Positions 54,248-63,659 of a stretch of 64,000 nucleotides of DNA are shown piece by piece. The notes under the pieces were generated by a model. It saw only the letters and a list, made by a program, of their open reading frames with translations, was not told the origin of the DNA and made no database searches. The first letter of the stretch is position 1. Each line of letters opens with the position of its first letter. Source of the stretch: Gemella haemolysans (GTDB taxonomy: Bacteria; Bacillota; Bacilli; Staphylococcales; Gemellaceae); assembly GCF_032567735.1 (NCBI RefSeq), contig NZ_JAWHCX010000011.1; one strand, written 5' to 3'. The translations under genes and the position numbers were made by a program.

Positions 54248-55039
54248 ATGAAATTAGGTTTTATAGGTGTAGGAAATATGGGAAAAGCTATCTTAGAAGG
54301 ACTACTTCGAAGTGGTAAAGTTAGTAGTACTGATGTTTTTGTGAGAAATTCTTCGGATAAAAGTACTAGAAATGTTGCTGAAGAAATAGGCGCTGTATTC
54401 TGTAAGAGTCTAGAACAAGTCATAGAAAACAGTGATATTGTATTTTTAGGGGTGAAGCCATATTTAGTAGGGGCAGTGCTGGATCAAGTGAGCCTTAGTT
54501 TGAAGAATAAGATTGTTATTTCAATGGCAGCAGCTGTTGAAATAAATGATTTAGAAAAGAAACTTCCGGGGACTAAAATAGTTAGAATTATGCCGAATAC
54601 ACCCGTAAAAATAGGGAGTGGTGTAGTAGGTGTTGTATTTAATTCTTTAGTAAATGCTGAAGAAAAAACATTAGTATTAGACCTATTAAATAATTTAGGT
54701 ATTTCCGAGGAAATATTGGAAAAAGACATGGCAGCTTTAACAGCTTTAAGTGGTTCAGGTCCTGCGTATGGATATTTATTTATAGAAGCATTAGCTGATG
54801 GTGCTGTACTAAATGGATTAAAGCGTGATGTAGCTTATAGACTAGCTGCAAATACAGTTTTAGGTGCTGCGAAGATGGTTTTAAAGACTAAAGAACACCC
54901 AGGTAAGTTAAAAGATGATGTATGTTCACCAAGTGGAAGTACTATCGAAGCTGTGAGAGTTTTAGAAGAAAAGAATTTCCGCAGCGCAGTTATAGAATGT
55001 GAAAAAGCCTGTTTCGATAAATTAGATAGAATGAAATAG
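54248..55039 (+). CDS. proC: Pyrroline-5-carboxylate reductase
   Basis: 263 aa. MKLGFIGVGNMGKAI Rossmann N-terminus, with RIMPNTP and CSPSGSTIE blocks. Confidence 0.9.
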   Translation: MKLGFIGVGNMGKAILEGLLRSGKVSSTDVFVRNSSDKSTRNVAEEIGAVFCKSLEQVIENSDIVFLGVKPYLVGAVLDQVSLSLKNKIVISMAAAVEINDLEKKLPGTKIVRIMPNTPVKIGSGVVGVVFNSLVNAEEKTLVLDLLNNLGISEEILEKDMAALTALSGSGPAYGYLFIEALADGAVLNGLKRDVAYRLAANTVLGAAKMVLKTKEHPGKLKDDVCSPSGSTIEAVRVLEEKNFRSAVIECEKACFDKLDRMK

Positions 55040-55059
55040 AATATAAGAGTATGATTAAA

Positions 55060-55229
55060 GGCTGAGCAAAAAAGTCCTAAAATTTAACAAAGTTTGTATT
55101 AGAATTCATAGACGCAGTGGTTTATTGACATCCAAATTCGCTTTAAAAGCTTTTTGGATGTCTAATAAACTGTGCGAGGGTGACTCGACAAAATCGATTT
55201 CTACGAAATAACGATTTTTGAGTCACTCC
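55060..55229 (-). repeat. MITE-like repeat, copy B (inverted relative to copy A), abutting the pepF stop codon
   Basis: The reverse complement reads GGAGTGACTCAAAAATCG...CCCTCGCACAGTTTATTAGACATCC...GGATGTCAATAAACCACTGCGTCTATGAATTC...GGACTTTTTTGCTCAGCC. Confidence 0.8.
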
Positions 55230-57038
55230 TTATTTATTTAATTCATCTGTTAAGTTGTAAAGTTCATCTACTAGGTGACCAACATAAGCGATAGCTTCTT
55301 TAAGTGGTTCATCAGTACTTACATCACAACCTGCAAGTTTAGAAAGATCTAGCGCTGACATGCTGCTTCCTTTAGAAAGTACATTTAACCAAGTGCCAGC
55401 ATAAGAACTGTCATTATCGATCTTATTAGCGATAGCTGTACCGATTGTTAATCCTGCAGAGTAAGTGTAAGGGTATAGTCCCATGTAGTAGTGAGGTTGT
55501 CTCATCCAAGTAAGTTCCGCACCTTCATTAACAACTAAACTATCTCCGAAGAACTCTTCCATAATATCGCGTTTAACTTTAGAAAGAACATCAGCGTTAA
55601 GCATTTCGTTGTTATCAACCATTTTGTAGATTCTATCTTGATAAACAGCTTCTAAGTAGTGTGTTACCATATTGTGGAAGTATGTTCTACTAATCATGTT
55701 GCTGATAACCCAACGTTTGAAACGAGCATCAGTGTTAGTTTTTAGTAGGTAGTTAGATACGATAACCTCGTTACAAGTTGACGGAGCTTCAACGAAGTAA
55801 AGTGGGCAATCGTTGTTTAACATTGTTTGGTGTTTACCTGTACTCATAAAGTGATATGCATGTCCAAGCTCGTGAGCAAGAACGAAAACTTCATTCATTT
55901 TTCCAGTCCAAGAAAGTAGGATAAACCCTGCTACATTAGGAACTGTTGCGCAGAATCCACCAGTGCTTTTCCCGATATTTTGAGGGAAGTCAGTCCAACG
56001 CTTGTCATAACTTTCATCGATCATTTTAACGTAGTCTTCACCAAGAACACCAAGTGCTTTTTTAAGGTAAGAACGAGATTCGTCGATAGTCATATCAACT
56101 TCGAAATCTGGATCAAGGTTAATTTTACAGTCTGCAAACTGCATATCTTCAATTTTGTGCTCGCGCGCTAGAAGTTTGATGTAACGGCGAATATGAGGTG
56201 CTAAATCTGTCATAAGAGTACGGATTTGACGGTCATATAATTCACGGTTACCATCTTGAGCAGCTAGTAGGTAGTCGATAACACTATCATAACCACGCAT
56301 TGTAGCAAGCATTTTTTCTTTTTTGATTTGTGAAATATATTCATTAGCTGAAGTGTTTTTATAAGTATTTAATGTTTTATAGAAACTTTTCGCAGCATTA
56401 CGGCGTACTTCAGTATCGTTATCCATCTCGTGTAAGTTTTCATATAAAACAAAACTATTTTCGAAAGTTTTTCCATTTGCTTCGAAGCTGTCGAATTGCA
56501 TATCTTCGTGCTTAGTTACCTCGTATAGATTGTAGTAACCAGGAAGACTCTCGTAGTTTGCGATTACTTGTTCAGCTTCTTTTGATAATGTATGTTTTTT
56601 CTCCTGAACGATTTTTTCGAAGTAGTATTCTAAATCAGGACGATAGTTTTTCACGAAATCTTTAATGAATTGTTCATCTAATCCTACAAGTTCAGTATCG
56701 AAGAAACTTAAATTTCCCGCCCATAAAGTAGAAACATCCTCAAATAGTGTTACATTTTTCACTACATTGTCATTAAATCTATCAACCGCCATTGGTAATT
56801 CAGCGTAGTGAGCTAGTTTATAATATTCTTCATCTAGTTCTTCATATTTTTTAACGGCAGTATCTAAAGTCGCGTAATCCGCTAATTTTCCTTCGTAAGC
56901 AGCCTTGAAATCTAAGATTTCCTTTTTAATATTCTCAAGGCTCGCTTTAAAATCTTCATCAGTTTTGTATAAAAGAGTCATATCCCAAGTATATTTCTCT
57001 TCGACTTCATTTCTTGGTATTAATTTCATTTCAGTCAT
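55230..57038 (-). CDS. pepF: Oligoendopeptidase F (M3B family)
   Basis: 602 aa. Zinc motif HELGHAYH and overall PepF length and organisation. Confidence 0.9.
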   Translation of the reverse strand: MTEMKLIPRNEVEEKYTWDMTLLYKTDEDFKASLENIKKEILDFKAAYEGKLADYATLDTAVKKYEELDEEYYKLAHYAELPMAVDRFNDNVVKNVTLFEDVSTLWAGNLSFFDTELVGLDEQFIKDFVKNYRPDLEYYFEKIVQEKKHTLSKEAEQVIANYESLPGYYNLYEVTKHEDMQFDSFEANGKTFENSFVLYENLHEMDNDTEVRRNAAKSFYKTLNTYKNTSANEYISQIKKEKMLATMRGYDSVIDYLLAAQDGNRELYDRQIRTLMTDLAPHIRRYIKLLAREHKIEDMQFADCKINLDPDFEVDMTIDESRSYLKKALGVLGEDYVKMIDESYDKRWTDFPQNIGKSTGGFCATVPNVAGFILLSWTGKMNEVFVLAHELGHAYHFMSTGKHQTMLNNDCPLYFVEAPSTCNEVIVSNYLLKTNTDARFKRWVISNMISRTYFHNMVTHYLEAVYQDRIYKMVDNNEMLNADVLSKVKRDIMEEFFGDSLVVNEGAELTWMRQPHYYMGLYPYTYSAGLTIGTAIANKIDNDSSYAGTWLNVLSKGSSMSALDLSKLAGCDVSTDEPLKEAIAYVGHLVDELYNLTDELNK

Positions 57039-57281
57039 AGTTTACCTCCTGTAAATAATAATTTTAAAGTCATTGGACTTAAGTAATATTATAATATGAT
57101 ATGAACTATAAGTCTATAAGATATTGATAACCAGAAAGAGTGCAGTGTGATTTTATAGGAATTAGAGAAATTTTAATTATAAATTGTCTTAGAAAAATTT
57201 GATTGAAGTTAAAGTTTACTCTATAAATTTTTTGAGTTATAATTTTAATTAGTAGATTTATTAAAAAAAGCGAGGTATCTT

Positions 57282-58382
57282 ATGAAAATAGCAGTAGTAG
57301 GTGGGGGAATAGTAGGAGCTACATGTGCTTATTATTTGTCAAAAGAACAACAAAATGAAATAGTAGTTTTTGATTATGGTGTAGGTCAAGCCACGAAAGC
57401 ATCGGCTGGGATTATAAGTCCGTGGTTTTCTAAAAGACGTAATAAACCTTGGTATAAGATGGCGAGACTTGGTGCGGATTTTTATTTGAAATTAGTTAAA
57501 GACTTAGAAGTTGATGGTTATAATACTGATTTTTATTCACAATGTGGAGTGTATTTATTGAAAAAAAATGAAGATAAGCTACCTGAGTTAAAAGAACTTG
57601 CTGAAAGTCGTAAAGAATTATCACCAATGATAGGGGATTTAGAGATAATCTCAAAAGAAGAAGTTCAAAAAATCATTCCTAGCTTCGATAACAATGGAGA
57701 CGTACTGTATGCGAGTGGCGGTGGACGAGTAGAAGGAGAGCGATTCGTTAATACTTTACTTACTGCTTCGAAAGCTAATGTCGTTAGAGAAAAAGTTAGT
57801 CTTGAGTTTGTGAGAGATAAGTACGAGATTAATGGACAGGTTTTTGATGTAGTCGTACTTGCGACTGGTGCGTGGTTAAAAGACATACTAGAGCCTCTTG
57901 GATTTGATGTTGATGTTCGTCCGCAAAAAGGTCAACTAAGGGATTATAAAGTTTCTGATGAAAATACAGGATCTTATTCAGTTATTATGCCTGAGGGTGA
58001 ATTGGATATTATTCCATTTGAAAAAGGTGTTGTTAGTGTTGGAGCGACACATGAGAATGATATGGGCTTTGATTTAACAGTTGATAAACAGCAACTTGAT
58101 GCTTTTGGTGAAGAAGCGGAGAACTTCTTAGGTGAATTAAAAAATGCACAGATAATAAATGAACGCGTTGGGATTAGGGCTTATACTAGTGATTATTCTC
58201 CATTCTTTGGAGAGGTTCCAACACTGAAAAATGTTTATGCGATTAGTGGTCTTGGTTCTTCAGGGTTAACTACAGGTCCGATAATTGGCTATAGTGTAGC
58301 GAATATAATTTTAGGAAATGATATAGAATTAGACCCACAAGACTATAACATTACAAACTATATTAAAATAAAAAATAGTTAG
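57282..58382 (+). CDS. FAD-dependent oxidoreductase (DAO / glycine-oxidase-like family)
   Basis: 366 aa. N-terminal dinucleotide fold MKIAVVGGGIVGATCAYYL and C-terminal GLGSSGLTTGP. Confidence 0.7.
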   Translation: MKIAVVGGGIVGATCAYYLSKEQQNEIVVFDYGVGQATKASAGIISPWFSKRRNKPWYKMARLGADFYLKLVKDLEVDGYNTDFYSQCGVYLLKKNEDKLPELKELAESRKELSPMIGDLEIISKEEVQKIIPSFDNNGDVLYASGGGRVEGERFVNTLLTASKANVVREKVSLEFVRDKYEINGQVFDVVVLATGAWLKDILEPLGFDVDVRPQKGQLRDYKVSDENTGSYSVIMPEGELDIIPFEKGVVSVGATHENDMGFDLTVDKQQLDAFGEEAENFLGELKNAQIINERVGIRAYTSDYSPFFGEVPTLKNVYAISGLGSSGLTTGPIIGYSVANIILGNDIELDPQDYNITNYIKIKNS

Positions 58383-58497
58383 AGCATCTTTTAGTAGTAT
58401 ATTATGATTTCTATAAAATTTGTAAATCGAATATAAGATGTTTTAAAATAACGATATTTTAATTTTGATATAAATAAAATAATAATTCTAAAAGTTT

Positions 58498-58673
58498 GAA
58501 GCAGATTCAAAAGTTCTAAATTTTAACAAAGTGTATATGGAAACTCATAGACGCAGTGGTTTATAGATATCTAAAATCGCTTTAGAAAAGCTTTTTAGAT
58601 ATCTAATAAACTGTGCGGGGGTGACTCGACAAAATCTTGTTTTTTAAGAAATCACGATTTTTGAGTCACTCCC
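58498..58673 (-). repeat. MITE-like repeat, copy C (same orientation as B), ~125 nt upstream of cdaA
   Basis: ...CATAGACGCAGTGGTTTATAGATATCTAAAATCGCTTTAGAAAAGCTTTTTAGATATCTAATAAACTGTGCGGGGGTGACTCGACAAAATC...GATTTTTGAGTCACTCCC. Confidence 0.8.
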
Positions 58674-58800
58674 TTTTCTTTTATAAAAAAAATAGCACAA
58701 TGGTTGCATTTTATGATATAATTAAGAGTGGACTGTTGTACGCATTAGATGTTGTTTTTGCGTGCTAACAATATTATTAATCAAAGGAAGGAGATTATTT

Positions 58801-59607
58801 ATGATAGCTGAATACTTATCAGGAGTAAGTACTCTAACACTAATTATTCATTTATTGGATATATTATTAGTTTGGTTCTTAGTTTATAAATTGCTAAGTT
58901 TATTAAAAGGTACTCGTGGTATGCAACTTGTTAAAGGTATATTAATCGTTATTGGATTGAAAATATTCTTTAACTTTATTGGATTCAAAACGATGACATA
59001 TATATTCGAACAAGTAGTTACTTGGGGAGTTCTAGGAATAATGATTATATTCCAACCAGAATTAAGACGCGCTCTTGAATACATAGGAAGGGTACAGCTA
59101 TCGAATATCTTCAATATTAATTATAAAGATGTACGGAAAAAATCTACTGAACATATAATCAAAGCTGTTGTTGATTCATCAAGACATATGGCACGACGAA
59201 GAATAGGTGCACTTATAGTTTTAGAAAATAACACCGGACTTGATGAATATGTGGAAAGTGGTATTACAGTTAATGCTGAGGTTACAAATGAACTGATAAT
59301 TAATATTTTCATTCCTAATACGCCTTTACATGATGGTGCAATGATAATCGATGAAAATAAAATTCGTGCTGCAAGTTGTGTGCTTCCTCTATCGGATAAT
59401 AGATCTATAGCTAGTAGCTATGGAACAAGGCACCGTGCAGCTCTAGGGTTATCTGAAGTGACAGATGCTATAGTAATTGCTGTATCAGAAGAAACAGGAA
59501 AAATTAGTGTATGTCAAAATGGTGTTTTAACTTCAGATTTTTCGACAGAAGATTTAGCGAAATATTTAGCTAAAAACTGGAAACAGCAAGATAAAATAAT
59601 TAAATAA
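58801..59607 (+). CDS. cdaA: Diadenylate cyclase CdaA (DacA)
   Basis: Three N-terminal TMs plus a DAC domain with DGAMII and GTRHRAALG. ATG 58801 follows GGAG and is preferred to the upstream GTG at 58762. Confidence 0.9.
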   Translation: MIAEYLSGVSTLTLIIHLLDILLVWFLVYKLLSLLKGTRGMQLVKGILIVIGLKIFFNFIGFKTMTYIFEQVVTWGVLGIMIIFQPELRRALEYIGRVQLSNIFNINYKDVRKKSTEHIIKAVVDSSRHMARRRIGALIVLENNTGLDEYVESGITVNAEVTNELIINIFIPNTPLHDGAMIIDENKIRAASCVLPLSDNRSIASSYGTRHRAALGLSEVTDAIVIAVSEETGKISVCQNGVLTSDFSTEDLAKYLAKNWKQQDKIIK

Positions 59608-59618
59608 GAGGTGATATT

Positions 59619-60581
59619 ATGCAACTAAAAGAAAATAATAAGTTAAAGTTAATATCATTTTTAATAGCGATACTATTGTTCCTTTCGGTTAATGAGAATT
59701 TTAAGAATTTCTCAGTTCTTGGAGGAAGTACAAGTGACAATGCTACCGCGTGGGTCAGTGATATTCCACTTGAAGTTGATTATGATAGAGATAAATTATA
59801 TGTGGTAGGTATTCCTAATACTGTTTCTGTGAAATTAACCGGAGCACAGACAAAAGTTCAAAAAGAAACTGTCGCTAAAAATTTTAAAGCGAAGTTGAAT
59901 CTTAGAAATGCTCAAATAGGTGATGATCAAAAAGTTAAAATTGAAATAAATGGACTTGAAAAAGGTGTAGATGGGACTGCAGAACCTTCTACAATAACTA
60001 TATCTATTAGGGAAAAAGCAACTAGAGAGTTTAGAGTTACGCCGATAGTTAAAAAAGAGCGACTATTGATTGGTTATGAAGTAGATAAACTTAGCGTTAC
60101 GAATGAAACTGTTAAGATTTCTGGAGCAATCGAAAGCCTTAATAGAATAAATGAAGTTCGAGCTGAGAGTGATACTCGTACGAAAATTAATAGAAACACT
60201 AGAGAAGAGGCTAAATTAGTAGCTTACGATAGTGATTATAATAAAATAGAGGATATTCAAATAGAGCCGAACTCAACTCTTATGAGTATTGAATTAAAAA
60301 ACATTGAAAAAGAAGTGCCATTAGAAGTAAATACTATAGGTAGCCTACCTTCAGGATATGAGTTAGTTAGTGCTACTGCCGATGTTTCTAAGGTAACTAT
60401 TAGGGCGGAAGACGCTAATGATTTGGTGAGAATAAATGAGATGTTCGTTGATGTTGACTTGAGCGATGTTAAAGAAGAAACAGAAGAGCGTAGTAATCTA
60501 AAAATATATCCAAAAGAAAATATAAGGATAGCGACAGATACGCCGATTGTTAAAGTAACGATCAAGATAAGGAAAAAATAA
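59619..60581 (+). CDS. cdaR: CdaA regulator CdaR (YbbR-domain protein)
   Basis: 320 aa. An N-terminal TM, repeated YbbR-like beta domains, and a position immediately after cdaA. Confidence 0.8.
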   Translation: MQLKENNKLKLISFLIAILLFLSVNENFKNFSVLGGSTSDNATAWVSDIPLEVDYDRDKLYVVGIPNTVSVKLTGAQTKVQKETVAKNFKAKLNLRNAQIGDDQKVKIEINGLEKGVDGTAEPSTITISIREKATREFRVTPIVKKERLLIGYEVDKLSVTNETVKISGAIESLNRINEVRAESDTRTKINRNTREEAKLVAYDSDYNKIEDIQIEPNSTLMSIELKNIEKEVPLEVNTIGSLPSGYELVSATADVSKVTIRAEDANDLVRINEMFVDVDLSDVKEETEERSNLKIYPKENIRIATDTPIVKVTIKIRKK

Positions 60582-60583
60582 AG

Positions 60584-60835
60584 ATGACAGATAAAAAATT
60601 GATGTTTTTAGCTATTAATATGCTTATAACGGTTTTCAGTTTAGCTATAATAATAGGAACCATGTTTATAGAAAACCAAAGCGTCAAAAAAACAGCTATT
60701 TTTGTGGCGATAACGATATTAATAGTTCAGAAGTTAGTAGAGATAAAAGTAATTGAAGAAACTCGAAAAGTCAGTATTGTTATATTACTTATAATTATTG
60801 CAGCTGCAGGGTACTTTGGTTATAGATTATATTAA
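60584..60835 (+). CDS. Small three-TM membrane protein occupying the position usually taken by glmM
   Basis: 83 aa and hydrophobic. It starts 3 nt after the cdaR stop. Confidence 0.4.
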   Translation: MTDKKLMFLAINMLITVFSLAIIIGTMFIENQSVKKTAIFVAITILIVQKLVEIKVIEETRKVSIVILLIIIAAAGYFGYRLY

Positions 60836-60849
60836 AATATAAAGAGCTT

Positions 60850-61007
60850 GGGGGAAGATTTGGAAACCTGATTAGAATTCGCGTTTTCAAATCACCCCCG
60901 CAAAGTTTATTAGATAAGTAAAAGCTATTACTTCGTAGTGTATTTATTTGTAAACTATTGCGACATAGTATGTAGTTAAGTTTTATCTTGATTATATAAA
61001 TTAACCC
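60850..61007 (+). repeat. Diverged member (copy D) of the MITE-like repeat family
   Basis: GGGGAAGATTTGGAAA...TTTTCAAATCACCCCCGCAAAGTTTATTAGATAAG...TTTGTAAACTATTGCGACATAG...AACCCC. It has the same module order as copy A. Confidence 0.55.
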
Positions 61008-61040
61008 CTTTGCTCATTTAAAGAATTAGTAGGAGATGTT

Positions 61041-62912
61041 ATGGATAAATTATTTTCATCAAAAATATATATAAATCATAGATTTAAGCTAATTATGGTA
61101 TTGGATTTATTGACGGTAATATTTGGAGTAGTAGCATCTATATTTTTAGGTAAGGCTTCGGATCCATTTTCTATGTTGAATGACCATCACGTAGAAATAG
61201 CCGAATTTTTAGTGATTTCACTTGTGGTTTATACAATTAGTTTTTATTTATTTGGTACTAATAAATCACTATGGTCTTACTTAGGTGTAAATGAAATAGT
61301 AAATATCTGTTTCTCAGTAGTGCTAGGGGATTTAATCACTAGTATTTTATACCAATATATGCTACCTGATACATTTTCAAATGTTAGGTTTGCGATTTTT
61401 TCACCGTTATTAATAATCGCAGGAATGATGTTTATAAGAATGCTTTACCGTGCTTTACGAGAAAGAGAATCGGGTAAATATGGTGCTAATTCTTATAAGA
61501 ACACATTCATAATAGGTGCAGGAGATGCTGGGTATATCTTGTTAAAAGAATTATCTAAAAATAATATTTTCCGTGCCAATGTAGTTGGGCTTATCGATGA
61601 TAACAGAAAAAACTCTGTAATTAGTGGAGTTACTGTTGTCGGAACAACATATGATATGCTGAAACTTATTCCAAAATACGAAGTAGAACAAGTATTTTTA
61701 GCTATTCCTTCAATTGGAGCATATGACAAAAATAGAATATTAAACGTATTAAAAGAAGCAAATGTTACTGTTAAAGTAATGAGCTCAGGTATTGCTGTAG
61801 AGGATGGAGAAAGTATTTCTAAACACTTAAAAGACGTGTCTATTGAAGATTTATTAGGGCGTGGTGAAGTGAAACTGTCTCAAGGTGAGATTCGTTCATA
61901 TATTAAAGGGAAAAGTATTCTTGTTACTGGTGCTGGTGGTTCAATCGGAAGCCAAATTGTTCGAGAAATATTTAAATTCAAACCTAGTCAACTCGTTCTA
62001 GTTGATGTTAATGAAAATGCTCTGTATATGCTGGAGCGTGATTTAGATTTTGAAAAATCACATAGTAAAGAATATAACGATATACAATATATTTCTGAAA
62101 TAGTAAGTATTCGTGAGAAAGCTGCTTTAGCTGAGGTGTTTGATAAGTATAAACCTGATGTAGTGTTCCACGCAGCAGCACACAAACACGTGCCTTTAAT
62201 GGAACGCCGTCCACAAGAAGCTATAAAAAATAATGTTTTTGGAACGAAAAATGTTATGGATGTGGCGATTGAAAAAGAAGTAGAAAGATTTATTATGATT
62301 TCTACTGACAAGGCGGTAAATCCTACGAATGCGATGGGAGCTTCGAAACGTTTAACAGAGATTATCTTACAATCAAAAGGTAATAAGTACAAAACAAAAT
62401 TTGCTGCGGTTAGATTTGGTAATGTACTGGGTTCTAATGGTTCTGTAATTCCTATCTTTAAAGAACAAATTAAAAAAGGTGGACCTATCACAATTACTCA
62501 TAGAAATATTATTCGTTACTTTATGACGATTCCAGAAGCGGCACAATTAGTACTACAAGCTGGGTATTACGCAAGTGAAGGGGAAATTTTCCTATTAGAT
62601 ATGGGAGAACCTGTAAAAATCATAGATCTTGCGACAAACCTAATTAAACTATCAGGATTAGAACCATATAAAGATATCGATATCGAAGAAATCGGACTAA
62701 GACCTGGTGAGAAGATGTATGAAGAGTTATCACTTGATTACGAAAGTAGTGAAAAGACTGATAACCAAATGATCTATAAAAATACAACTTTAGACATTGA
62801 TGTAGAAGAATTAGATAAAAAACTAAATGAATTAAAATCAATGCTAGGACATTCAACAAACGAAGAAATACGTAGCAAGTTATTTGAAATAATAAATTGT
62901 TATAATGGATAA
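61041..62912 (+). CDS. Membrane-bound polysaccharide biosynthesis protein, CapD/EpsC-type NDP-sugar 4,6-dehydratase
   Basis: 623 aa. Four N-terminal TMs, two Rossmann motifs (IIGAGDAG and VTGAGGSIGS) and an STDKAVNPTN.MGASKR catalytic block. Confidence 0.85.
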   Translation: MDKLFSSKIYINHRFKLIMVLDLLTVIFGVVASIFLGKASDPFSMLNDHHVEIAEFLVISLVVYTISFYLFGTNKSLWSYLGVNEIVNICFSVVLGDLITSILYQYMLPDTFSNVRFAIFSPLLIIAGMMFIRMLYRALRERESGKYGANSYKNTFIIGAGDAGYILLKELSKNNIFRANVVGLIDDNRKNSVISGVTVVGTTYDMLKLIPKYEVEQVFLAIPSIGAYDKNRILNVLKEANVTVKVMSSGIAVEDGESISKHLKDVSIEDLLGRGEVKLSQGEIRSYIKGKSILVTGAGGSIGSQIVREIFKFKPSQLVLVDVNENALYMLERDLDFEKSHSKEYNDIQYISEIVSIREKAALAEVFDKYKPDVVFHAAAHKHVPLMERRPQEAIKNNVFGTKNVMDVAIEKEVERFIMISTDKAVNPTNAMGASKRLTEIILQSKGNKYKTKFAAVRFGNVLGSNGSVIPIFKEQIKKGGPITITHRNIIRYFMTIPEAAQLVLQAGYYASEGEIFLLDMGEPVKIIDLATNLIKLSGLEPYKDIDIEEIGLRPGEKMYEELSLDYESSEKTDNQMIYKNTTLDIDVEELDKKLNELKSMLGHSTNEEIRSKLFEIINCYNG

Positions 62913-62954
62913 AAAAAGGAGAGCGATTCAAAAGTGATTTTGAATCGCTCTTTC
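62912..62954. terminator. Bidirectional terminator after the capD-like gene
   Basis: AGAGCGATTCAAAA-GTGA-TTTTGAATCGCTCT perfect 14-bp stem, with an A7 run upstream. Confidence 0.75.
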
Positions 62955-63005
62955 TAGCCATATAAGGTAGTTTGTAGTATAGCTAGTGGTAGAGAGTGTC
63001 TTATT

Positions 63006-63236
63006 TTATTTTTCTACATTTTTAGTATTTTTATTTATATAGTTATTTAGAACCAAAGCTAAAACTATAGGTAAATCGAAATAAACAACTTCAAGCACAA
63101 ATAATAAGATTTTGTATTGTCGTGTAAAATCTGGACTAACCACGCTATCAGACAAGAAAAATACTGCGGTACCAATTAAAACATAGAATACTAGAAATAT
63201 AAAATATCTTTTTTTAATTTTTTTTGCGTTTAACAT
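63006..63236 (-). CDS. Small two-TM membrane protein
   Basis: 76 aa from ATG 63236 (GGGAGG 5 nt upstream). The track's longer version (63326) lacks an RBS. Confidence 0.35.
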   Translation of the reverse strand: MLNAKKIKKRYFIFLVFYVLIGTAVFFLSDSVVSPDFTRQYKILLFVLEVVYFDLPIVLALVLNNYINKNTKNVEK

Positions 63237-63659
63237 AGTAACCTCCCTGGAATCGCGTATTGTGTATTTACTATAGATTAGATATGATATGAAACATATA
63301 CCTTTGGTATCTTTAACATAACACAAAATATTAAAAAATAAAAGACTGATAAAATCATTGTTTTTATGGTATAATAAAATTTAGTAGTGTTTTTTACTAA
63401 AGATAGTTAACATAACATTATTTTAGAAGAAGATTTAATAATTGAGCGCTGATTTCAGGAAGAATAACTTTTTGAAGTTGGTGTTTTTTAGTTATCGGGA
63501 TTAGGTTGTTGGTATATTATTACATCGGATTGTCTTTGATATTTCAATAGATGAATATAGTATGGTATAATAATTAAGTGAAACAAATAGGAATGATTTA
63601 AGAGGTTTGAACTATTGAGATTATATAGTTTATATCTAAATTGATAGTGAGGTGATTGA

